Assembly: GCA_964446945.1 (NCBI GenBank)
Contig: CAYUQO010000012.1
Location: 20,194-84,193 of the forward strand
Reading direction: 5' to 3'
Source of the DNA: an uncultured Bordetella sp.
GTDB lineage: Bacteria > Pseudomonadota > Alphaproteobacteria > Micropepsales > Micropepsaceae
DNA length: 64,000 nucleotides
Positions within the stretch are counted from its first letter, which is position 1. Each line of letters starts with the position of its first letter. Below, piece after piece: positions 52,267-60,483 of this stretch. The notes under the pieces are model-generated. The model had not been told where the DNA came from, ran no database searches, and saw only the letters and a program-made list of their open reading frames with translations. Both the position numbers and the translations under genes were made by a program.

Positions 52267-53115
52267 TTAGAAGTCGGGTTTTCCCGCTGTGGGCATGGGA
52301 CGCACTTTATAATTGAACAGATTTTCGTTGTTCTCGGCGCACGGGGTTTCTTCGATCGGTCCGCGCGCAGTCCTTTTCCAGCGCTGCAAAGCGGTCCACG
52401 GCATGTTGAACGCGCCCGGATCTTCCACCCGTATGTTGTCAATCAGCGTCTTTCCCCCATCGGTCAGCCGATACCGCTCGATGACATGCATTTGGTCGGT
52501 ATGCGGGGTCCGGTAATTGTCGACAAAGGTGAGGTTGTTCAGGCCGATGGTGTCGACGACCAGGTCATCGCCCTCGTAGTGACCGACCGATTCCCCGGTC
52601 CATGATGGTTTCGGATGGGCGCTGTGCGGCACGTTCATATAGATGTGCCGTACCTGGAAATCGTTCTGATGGATCATCAGGATTTCCTTCGGCGTCTCGA
52701 TGAAGACCGTGATGTTGAATGGTGGTTCGAGCACATAGGCGGGCACGCCGGCGGGCCAGCAGCGTTCGCGCGGCACATAGGGAATCCCGCCGTTCAGCAC
52801 GTCCTGATTGGCCTTGCGCATCTGTTCTGCCGCCCACGGCTTCAAGATGGGGTTCGTCACGTCGGCAATGCGATAAGTCGGCTGATTGGGGCCGCCGGGA
52901 ACCGTCGGCACGAAGGGATGTGCCGGATCGTAAACGACCGGCCCCGGCCCGGTTTGCGGTGAAATGAAATCGTCCCCGTCGGCGTGATCGACCTGCCAGG
53001 CAGTGGCGACATCGGGAGCAAAGCGGAGCTGCTGTGGTGCCGCGCTGTCCGCAGCAGTAACGGCTGCTGCCGTGGCGCATCCGGCGATGGTGAAAACACT
53101 CACAATGCGGAGCAT
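52267..53115 (-). CDS. Exported protein (possible lipoprotein), tandem paralog family member P11
   Basis: ATG 53115 is preceded by GGAG. MLRIVSVFTIAGCATAAAV has a lipobox-like IAGC. Motifs TGPGPVV, RCWPAGVPA, KPSWTGESVGHYEGDDLVVDTIGLN, PCAEN; ends PMPTAGKPDF. Confidence 0.85.
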   Translation of the reverse strand: MLRIVSVFTIAGCATAAAVTAADSAAPQQLRFAPDVATAWQVDHADGDDFISPQTGPGPVVYDPAHPFVPTVPGGPNQPTYRIADVTNPILKPWAAEQMRKANQDVLNGGIPYVPRERCWPAGVPAYVLEPPFNITVFIETPKEILMIHQNDFQVRHIYMNVPHSAHPKPSWTGESVGHYEGDDLVVDTIGLNNLTFVDNYRTPHTDQMHVIERYRLTDGGKTLIDNIRVEDPGAFNMPWTALQRWKRTARGPIEETPCAENNENLFNYKVRPMPTAGKPDF

Positions 53116-53174
53116 TCCGTCACTCCATATCGCAGGCCGGCGGAACTTCCACGAATGTCGCGCCGCGCTGCCAG

Positions 53175-53275
53175 AGCGCAATCCGGCGAAGTGTGAGCGG
53201 TTCGCCGTTAGATTGCGCGACAATCAAAGGAAGCCAGCGCATGATCCGATTCCATTTAATCGGATCATGCGCTGG
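53175..53275. repeat. ~100-bp intergenic repeat, copy B (hairpin 53234-53275)
   Basis: AGCGCAATCCGGCGAAGTGTGAGCGGTTC...TTGCGCGACAAT...CCAGCGCATGATCCGATT-CCATTT-AATCGGATCATGCGCTGG. Same orientation as copy A. Lies between P12 and P11. Confidence 0.85.
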
Positions 53276-53346
53276 CGCTTCAAGCAAAAAAATCGGCCGC
53301 AGAACCGTGTGGTTCTGCAGCCGACCGGTAAGCGTTCTCCGGACTA

Positions 53347-54120
53347 TCAGAGGCCGGGAATGCGGCCCGCCGCGATTGCCGCGCGCGCCTGCGTAATGCC
53401 GTTGACTTTGGAAATGTCGCGGTGCTGTTCGCCGCAGACATAGTCTTCGAGACGGACATCGTTGCGCAGCGTGTAGACAAAACGCGTGCCGAAGTCGCGG
53501 GTGTAATAGGTCGGATCGTGGATCGTCACCACGTCCTCGAGCTGGGTCGGGCTGATTTTGCGGAACCGCTCGGTCGTGACCAGCATGTCGTCGTGCGGCA
53601 GGCCGGTTGCGTCGAGGAAGGTTTTCTCATTGAAGCCGGCGGTCTGCACGACCAGCGTGTCGCCTTCCCAATGGCCGACCGAATGGCCGTTGTAGAACGG
53701 ATACGGCACCAGCTCGTCATAGCTCGGCAGCGGCTTGTCCATCGCCACGACGCGGATCTGATGGTTCAGCTCGTGCACAATGGTGACCTGTCCGGGCGGA
53801 GCCTGGATGATTTCGAACGGATAGGGGGATGCCATGGTGCGCGGAATACCGTCGGGAACGCAGAATTTGCGCGCCGCATCCGTGATCGAGCCATCCTTCA
53901 GGCCAGCCTGATTCATCGCATAGGCCTTCTGGCCTTCCGCATTCAGCGGCGGCGCGCCACCGCCCTGCAGAACCAGTTTCGGATGATATTCCGTGGCCCA
54001 GTAAGTTCCGGAAATGTCGGGCGTCGCGCCGGCGCCCAACGCCGACCCGGCCATCATCGACAAGGCCAGAACTGCTCCCAGAGCCGTACCGCCGCGCGCA
54101 ACAACCCGAATATCGATCAT
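53347..54120 (-). CDS. Exported protein, divergent tandem paralog family member P12
   Basis: ATG 54120 is preceded by GGGAGG. Motifs TPDISGTYW, FCVPDGIPR, FYNGHSVGHWEGDTLVVQTAGFN, LPHDDMLVTTERF, VCGEQ. Lacks the ...DF tail (ends GRIPGL). Confidence 0.8.
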   Translation of the reverse strand: MIDIRVVARGGTALGAVLALSMMAGSALGAGATPDISGTYWATEYHPKLVLQGGGAPPLNAEGQKAYAMNQAGLKDGSITDAARKFCVPDGIPRTMASPYPFEIIQAPPGQVTIVHELNHQIRVVAMDKPLPSYDELVPYPFYNGHSVGHWEGDTLVVQTAGFNEKTFLDATGLPHDDMLVTTERFRKISPTQLEDVVTIHDPTYYTRDFGTRFVYTLRNDVRLEDYVCGEQHRDISKVNGITQARAAIAAGRIPGL

Positions 54121-54261
54121 GCAACCCTCCCAGAGTTTCATTGGCCCACCCGGCGAAACCCGCTCATCGGTTGCTTCGCCCGCATGGAGACATTTCTAAC
54201 GTTTAACATTGTACCGATTGAAAAAAAAGGCGGCAGGTTCCCGCTTTTCTTCTTTCGCGGG

Positions 54262-54693
54262 CTAGTGCTGCCCGTTGACAGGTTCGGCCTTGTATGCCGT
54301 TTCGACAACAGCTTGACTATTCCACCAGCCGCCGCCGAGCGCCTGAAACAGCGCCGCCGTGTCGGCGAAACGGCTGGCCTGCGCCTGAATGCGGGTGATC
54401 AGCGCCTGCTCATACGCCTGTTGCGCCGTCAGCAAGCCGAGATACTGGATTTGACCGAGTTCCAATTGCCGTCGCGCAATATTCAGGCTGCGCAATGCCG
54501 CTGCTTCCGTGGCCGAGGCGGCATTCAGCAATTCGGCGTCCGACTGCAACGCGTACAAGGTGTCGGCAACATTCTGCAATGCGGTCAGCACGGTGTTGCG
54601 GTAATTCGCGGCCGATTGGTCATAGGCGGCTTCGGCGGCGCGCGTCAGATGCTTCACCCGGCCGCCTACGACGACCGTGGCTCGTTGATGCAT
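54262..54693 (-). pseudogene. 3' remnant of an outer-membrane efflux factor (NodT/OprM family) gene
   Basis: Only the last ~130 residues are present (AAYDQSAANYRNTVLTALQNVADTLYALQ...LFQALGGGWW). The ~330 N-terminal codons are missing; the divergent response-regulator gene starts 96 nt away. Confidence 0.7.
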
Positions 54694-54788
54694 TTTGTAT
54701 ACTTACGACAGTTCGACATGACAGGGATTGACCTTGCTCATTCGCGCAGAAAATTCTTTCCTCTGCCAGTCGCGAATACGGATGCCAT

Positions 54789-55463
54789 ATGAGACTGCTG
54801 CTTGTCGAAGACAATGAAACGCTTGCCGGCCTGCTCGAAAAGGGGCTGACCGCGGCGGGGTTTTCCGTCGATACGGTCAAGACGGTTGCGGAAGCACTCG
54901 ATGGACTGGCGGCGAAACGCTTCTCCGCGATTATTCTCGATCTTGGTTTGCCGGATGGCGACGGTTACGCGGTATTGCATTCTTTGCGCAGCAAAGGCGA
55001 TTCGACTCCGGTGCTGATACTCACAGCGCGCAGCGCCGTGGACGATAAGGTAAAAGGCTTCCAGCGCGGTGCCGATGATTATCTCGGCAAGCCTTTTGCG
55101 CTGGAAGAACTTATCGCGAGGTTGCAGGCCCTGTTGCGCCGCCCTGGAGTACTGCTCGGCGCCGCGCTCAGACTCGGACGTTTGACGTTCGACACCACAG
55201 CGCGCGAAATCACTGTCGGCGGGCAGCTGGAATTGGTGCCCCCACGCGAAGCCGCGGTGCTCGAAGTGTTGCTGCGCAGAAGCGGCCGCGTCGTGCCAAA
55301 ACAGGTCATTGAGGATCAGCTCTATGGCCTGTCCGAGGAAGTGAGCTCGAACGCGATCGAGGTCTATGTTCACCGGCTTCGCAAACAACTGTCGGACGCG
55401 AATGCCGGGGTCGAAATTCACACCATCAGGGGCGTCGGTTATCTCATTCGGGAAGCAGCATGA
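54789..55463 (+). CDS. OmpR/PhoB-family response regulator
   Basis: 224 aa: receiver (MRLLLVEDN...ILDLGLPDGDG) plus a winged-helix output domain (VYVHRLRKQL...IHTIRGVGY). Confidence 0.9.
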   Translation: MRLLLVEDNETLAGLLEKGLTAAGFSVDTVKTVAEALDGLAAKRFSAIILDLGLPDGDGYAVLHSLRSKGDSTPVLILTARSAVDDKVKGFQRGADDYLGKPFALEELIARLQALLRRPGVLLGAALRLGRLTFDTTAREITVGGQLELVPPREAAVLEVLLRRSGRVVPKQVIEDQLYGLSEEVSSNAIEVYVHRLRKQLSDANAGVEIHTIRGVGYLIREAA

Positions 55464-56839
55464 GATTGCGGTTCAAATCCATTCTGCAAAGAATCATTTC
55501 GCTGCATGTGCTGGCGCTGGCCGGCGTGTTCGGCGCGATTACATTTGCGGTGTGGTTTGTTCTCGGCGCAACCGCCAACAATTTTGAAGAACGCCTGTTG
55601 CTCGACCACGCGACGACTGTCGCCCAACATCTCCGGCTGGATGGAGATCGATGGACGGTCGATCTGCCGCCGGATCTGGCGGCGCTCTATGGCCGCGGCT
55701 ATGGCGGGTATGCGCTGACCATCATCGACGAAAACGGACGTGTCGTTTCTTCCTCACTGCCGCGCCGGGAGGCGCTGTTCACGCCGGATACGCCGCTGCA
55801 GGCTCCAGCATATTTCCAGCAGAGGCGCGGCAAGGCTGCGTTCTACGGGATTGATTTCCCGGTTCGTAAAGACAATCACAGCGCCACCATTGAAGTGGCC
55901 CAGGATCTCGCAAACGCCGATGTGATTGTCGATGATGTCGTTGCCGGTTTTGTAAGCCGGCTGGCCTGGGTGGTGCTGCCGATGTTTGCGCTGCTTCTCG
56001 CGCTCGATGTCCTGATCGTGCGCAGGGCGCTGAAGCCGATCACCACAGCCTCGCAACGTGCGCGCAATATTCACCCGGGGACCATCAGATTGCGGCTTCC
56101 TGAATCCGGGCTTCCCGATGAGGTCCTGCCGCTGGTGGTCGCGGTCAACCAGGCGCTCGATCGTCTGGAACGCGGTTTTCAGATGCAGCGCGACTTGACC
56201 GCCGATGCCGCCCACGAACTGCGAACGCCACTCGCGATCCTGATGACCATGATCGATGTTTCGGCAGACCAGAAGCTGGCGGCCGAATTGCGGCCCCAAA
56301 TCCTCGGCATGAGCCGGATCGTCGGGCAACTGCTCGAGCTCGCCGAACTCGAATCGTCCTCCATCGGTGAGGAGGACGCGGCCGATCTGCGTGCGGTGTG
56401 TTCCGATGCCGTCAGCCTCATGGCGCCCGTCGCTCTGGCGCAGGGAAAAACGATCGAGCTCAATGCGCCGCCTGCGCCAGTCTGGGTGCAGGGAAATGCG
56501 GAATTACTGGTCCGCGCCGTGCGCAATCTGGTCGAGAATGCGATCCGGTATACTGCGGCAGCAACGGCGGTCGAAGTGGACGTCCTCGCGTCGGGTGCCG
56601 TGACTGTGAAAGACCGTGGTCCGGGCGTTCCTCCGACCGAACGCGAACTCATCTTCCGGCGCTTCTGGCGGCGCGACCGGCGCGGTGGCCCAAATGCCGG
56701 ACTCGGTCTTTCGATCGTGCAGCGCGCGATCCAGATTCATGGAGGCAATGTCGGCGTGGGCGAGCGCGAGGGTGGCGGTGCGGTATTTTCAATTGCCCTG
56801 CCGGTCCGCCAAAAAACCGTAAGCCATTTAGCTATTTGA
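55460..56839 (+). CDS. Sensor histidine kinase (two TM helices, HAMP, HisKA, HATPase_c)
   Basis: 459 aa with H-box AAHELRTPL, N-box NLVENAIRYT and G-boxes DRGPGV / GLGLSIV. 4-nt overlap with the regulator gene. Confidence 0.9.
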   Translation: MRLRFKSILQRIISLHVLALAGVFGAITFAVWFVLGATANNFEERLLLDHATTVAQHLRLDGDRWTVDLPPDLAALYGRGYGGYALTIIDENGRVVSSSLPRREALFTPDTPLQAPAYFQQRRGKAAFYGIDFPVRKDNHSATIEVAQDLANADVIVDDVVAGFVSRLAWVVLPMFALLLALDVLIVRRALKPITTASQRARNIHPGTIRLRLPESGLPDEVLPLVVAVNQALDRLERGFQMQRDLTADAAHELRTPLAILMTMIDVSADQKLAAELRPQILGMSRIVGQLLELAELESSSIGEEDAADLRAVCSDAVSLMAPVALAQGKTIELNAPPAPVWVQGNAELLVRAVRNLVENAIRYTAAATAVEVDVLASGAVTVKDRGPGVPPTERELIFRRFWRRDRRGGPNAGLGLSIVQRAIQIHGGNVGVGEREGGGAVFSIALPVRQKTVSHLAI

Positions 56840-56945
56840 TAGATTCTATAATCATTAACGCTGTCGACGGCGCCATCAGAGATGTAAGCCTGTTGTCAGC
56901 CATTTCGCATTTTCTGATTTATTTTTCATTTTTCATTCATAACCG
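56840..56945 (+). promoter_or_regulatory. AT-rich intergenic segment with reiterated ATTTT(T)C motifs upstream of the TonB-dependent receptor (candidate promoter/operator)
   Basis: GCATTTTCTGATTTATTTTTCATTTTTCATTCAT at 56907-56940, in an otherwise ~60% GC region. A TTGACC hexamer at 56946. No experimental support. Confidence 0.3.
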
Positions 56946-57114
56946 TTGACCATTCGCAAATTTCGGCTAACGCTGAAGTTGTGGAGTCACCGATGCGATG
57001 AATGGTGTCTCCACGGGGGTAAGCATTCGTTTCAGGCCGTAGCTCTGTTCTCGCCGTCAGCGGGAGCAGGTTCACACGCAGATGCTTTGGCGCATCCGCG
57101 AGGGCAGGGGGACC

Positions 57115-60100
57115 ATGAATCCGAAGACATCGAGACTTGCATCTTTGTTGGGATCTGCATCGCTGTTGGCGATGTCCAGCGCCGGTGGCGCGTCGGCGCA
57201 ACAGGTTGCGCAGGATCAGATGGCCCAGGCCAATCCGAATGAAGTGCAAGAGCAGGTGCTGATCACCGGGTCACTCATTCGTGGCACCGTCGCGGTCGGC
57301 GTACCGGTCACCAATCTTGGGCCGCAGGATTATGCGCAGACCGGCGCGCTGACCACAGCCGACCTGTTCAGAACCACACCATTTGCGAATGTGAGCCCAG
57401 GCCCGGTCGGCACAAATGCCAATAACAATATCGGTAAGGAGACCCGGGTTAATATCCGCGGCCTCGATCCCAATGACGGTACGCGTGCACTGTTGATGGT
57501 TGATGGCTATCGCTTCCCGGGCCAGGGCGAAGCGCTCTGTGCTATCGATCCTTCGATTATTCCCGCACTCGCGCTGGACCGCATCGATATCCTGGTGGAT
57601 GGCGCATCGGCGACTTATGGCTCCGATGCGGTTACCGGCGTGGTCAACATCATCCTCAAGCGCGGCTACGATGGTGCAATCACGCAATTACGAACCACCC
57701 AGGCCGATGGAAAATCGGAATATCAGGCCTCCCAACTCTGGGGCCGAACCTGGGAAGGCGGCGATATCACCCTGACCTATGAATGGGACGACGATTCGCC
57801 GCTGAAGGCTAGTGCGCGTTCGCGTTTGTCCTATGACTTCACCCCATGGGGCCTGGACAACCGCACGCCGATCCGGTCCTCCATTCCCGGTACCATTTCA
57901 GTCGGCAATCCGGTCCAGACGCCCGAGACGTCACTGAACCCGTCGGCCGGCACCGGTGGCGCCGGCGCCTTTGGGCGCGCCTGCAACAACTGCTATGCCA
58001 TTCCGGCAGGCGCCGGTTCGAACTACACGGCGGCTCCCAATCCGCTGGTTTGGTCAAGCTTTGCGGTCGCCGCCAACGGCGGCGCCGGCAACGACCTCAA
58101 CGGTACGCGCAACGAATTCAATCCCTACTCGATTGCGTGGTACGACGCGGCGCAGCAGCGCAATGCCGTCGTTGGAACATTCGACCAACGCCTGTTCAGC
58201 TGGGTGTCAGTCTTTGCCGAAGGTTTTTATGACAATCGCCGGGCGCAATATCTGAATCCCGCGACTCTCTCGCCGACGTCGGGCAATGACCTTCTGGTCC
58301 AGGTCCCGACATCCAATCCGTATTATCCGATCGGCGCCCCCAACAATCTCAAAGTCAATTACAACATTTCACTCGAGGCTCCTCCTCTCACATCGGCTTT
58401 TGAGATCGCAGATCGTTATCTTGGCGGGTTTAATCTCGATCTGCCGTTCGGCTGGGAAGGAAAGATCTTTTACGGGGAGAGCTTCAACGACACGGGCTCC
58501 GCGGTCCACGCCGTTAATCCCAATATGGTTTCCGCGGCTCTCGGCTGGACCATGCCGGCGAGCGCCGGCGTCGGCACATTTCCAGGCATCGGGACATGGA
58601 CCAGGCCTTCAACCGTTCCCTATCTCGATCTTTTCTGCGATCCGCACGCGTTTCAGTGCAATTCGCCCGCGACAATCGGTTATATCCAGGGCGTGCGCGC
58701 CTATCTTTCGGAAGACTGGGTGAACGAGAAAGGCGCCACGTTTGATGGCCCGCTGTTTGCGCTGCCGGCAGGCGATGTGAAGCTGGCGGTAGGCACCGTG
58801 TACATATCCTCACAGTTCGCTTTCCATGTCTATGACAGCACCGCCTCGCCGACGCCTTTGGTGCCCAGCCTTCTCGATGCCGCAAGCAAGCAATGGTTTG
58901 CCGTCTTCTCGCAATTGAACGTGCCGGTGGTCAGTGACGCCAATTCTTTCCCGCTGGTGCGCCGCTTCGACCTGGAAGGATCATGGCGTCATGACCAGTA
59001 CCATCAGCTCGGCGGTTTCAACGGCGGCACCAGCAATCCGAAGGTCGCGTTCAACTGGACGCTGACCGAGGATTATGGCCTGACCGTGCGTGGCGCGTGG
59101 GGCACCTCATTCCGCGCGCCAGGATTCGCCGAGGAATCGCCATTGGCGAAGACTGCGATCGCTGCCTGGAACTCCTCACTGTTCGCACAGAATTCCCAGA
59201 TCACTGTCAACTGCAATCCGGCGGCGGATTCAATGGCCGGACGGCTGTTGAATCCCGGCGCAGGATTCACCGGTTGGAACGGCCAGACGAACAATGGCGG
59301 AACACCGGGCGTTAGTTGCGGCACCAAGGCGGCGCCAATCGGAATGGCGCTTCTCGGCGCCGCCGGGGTGGCCAATGCAGCCGGAATGCGGCTTTACACC
59401 AATACCGCTGGCCAGCACCTGCATCCCGAAACCGCAACGAACTACGCATTGACGGCGGAATTCGCGCCAACCGCTTTCCTGCGCGGACTCGACATACAGG
59501 CCACCTGGTATCAAATTAAGATTGACGGCGCGCTCAGAGGCTTTGCCAATCCCAACACAACTTCGGTCAACGATCCCGGCCTCGGCTTTTCCTACATCGT
59601 GCCGACCGATATCGCCAAAGCCGGTGTTGATGTTGCAGGTTGCAGCAACAACAACACGCCGACGACCTGCCCCGAATTCGAGAACATGGTGGCCGGGCTG
59701 CTTGCCAGTCCGCGTAATCCCGTGTCGCCGCAGGTCCTCACCACAGTGGTGTGGATTAATGACGGCGCAACGTTCAACGCCGGTTACATCAAAGCCCAGG
59801 GTATCGATTTCACCGCCAGCTATGATCTCGACCTCGGCGATCTCGGCGCGTGGAACACGGGTATTGTCGGTACCTATTATCTGCACCAGAATAGCGCGAA
59901 CTTTCTCAGCGCGACGGATCCCGAAGCCGGCACGGTACAGGATCTGTTTCACACCACGCTTGGCACGCTGAACGGAATTCCGCAGGTCGGGGTCGAATCG
60001 CTCCCGCGGCTGCGTTATCGCGGGCGCCTGGGTTGGAGCGATGGCCCATTGTCGGTGACGGGCTTCGTCAATTACACCGGTCACTTTTACAACACGCAGA

Positions 60101-60426
60101 ATGCCCCGCCGAATGTCAATTTCGCCTGCTTGACCGCCGGCGGGACCATCGGCGGCGGAAGTTTCCCCTGCGCCATCAGCAATTATTCGGATATCGAGCC
60201 GTCCTATTACACATTCGACCTGTCATTCGGCTACGACACTGGCGATCAGCCGGCGAATATCTATCTGAAGCATGTGCAGCTGCAGCTCGTGGTCCAGAAT
60301 ATTCTCAACCGACTTCCGGCCTTCGAATATCGCATTGGTACAGGAGCCGGAAATCCTGCCACCTATGATATTTCGCAGAGCGCGCAGGGTCGAACCTTTG
60401 GGATTGTCCTGACCAAGACGTGGTGA
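57115..60426 (+). CDS. TonB-dependent receptor (unusually large, ~1103 aa)
   Basis: ATG 57115 gives a signal peptide and TonB box/plug (EQVLITGSLIRG..., VNIRGLD, DRIDILVDGASATYGSDAVTGVVNII). Long beta-barrel ending ...FGIVLTKTW. Confidence 0.9.
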   Translation: MNPKTSRLASLLGSASLLAMSSAGGASAQQVAQDQMAQANPNEVQEQVLITGSLIRGTVAVGVPVTNLGPQDYAQTGALTTADLFRTTPFANVSPGPVGTNANNNIGKETRVNIRGLDPNDGTRALLMVDGYRFPGQGEALCAIDPSIIPALALDRIDILVDGASATYGSDAVTGVVNIILKRGYDGAITQLRTTQADGKSEYQASQLWGRTWEGGDITLTYEWDDDSPLKASARSRLSYDFTPWGLDNRTPIRSSIPGTISVGNPVQTPETSLNPSAGTGGAGAFGRACNNCYAIPAGAGSNYTAAPNPLVWSSFAVAANGGAGNDLNGTRNEFNPYSIAWYDAAQQRNAVVGTFDQRLFSWVSVFAEGFYDNRRAQYLNPATLSPTSGNDLLVQVPTSNPYYPIGAPNNLKVNYNISLEAPPLTSAFEIADRYLGGFNLDLPFGWEGKIFYGESFNDTGSAVHAVNPNMVSAALGWTMPASAGVGTFPGIGTWTRPSTVPYLDLFCDPHAFQCNSPATIGYIQGVRAYLSEDWVNEKGATFDGPLFALPAGDVKLAVGTVYISSQFAFHVYDSTASPTPLVPSLLDAASKQWFAVFSQLNVPVVSDANSFPLVRRFDLEGSWRHDQYHQLGGFNGGTSNPKVAFNWTLTEDYGLTVRGAWGTSFRAPGFAEESPLAKTAIAAWNSSLFAQNSQITVNCNPAADSMAGRLLNPGAGFTGWNGQTNNGGTPGVSCGTKAAPIGMALLGAAGVANAAGMRLYTNTAGQHLHPETATNYALTAEFAPTAFLRGLDIQATWYQIKIDGALRGFANPNTTSVNDPGLGFSYIVPTDIAKAGVDVAGCSNNNTPTTCPEFENMVAGLLASPRNPVSPQVLTTVVWINDGATFNAGYIKAQGIDFTASYDLDLGDLGAWNTGIVGTYYLHQNSANFLSATDPEAGTVQDLFHTTLGTLNGIPQVGVESLPRLRYRGRLGWSDGPLSVTGFVNYTGHFYNTQNAPPNVNFACLTAGGTIGGGSFPCAISNYSDIEPSYYTFDLSFGYDTGDQPANIYLKHVQLQLVVQNILNRLPAFEYRIGTGAGNPATYDISQSAQGRTFGIVLTKTW

Positions 60427-60483
60427 GGTACGGAGCGGCGGTTTGCCAGTTCGGTGAACATCGCGCTAGACTTCCGCGCGAGA

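Noticed and set aside
54190-54262. A8 run and short GC stem after the efflux-factor remnant as an intrinsic terminator.
   Set aside because: Only a 5-bp stem with a 12-nt loop can be drawn, which is not convincing.
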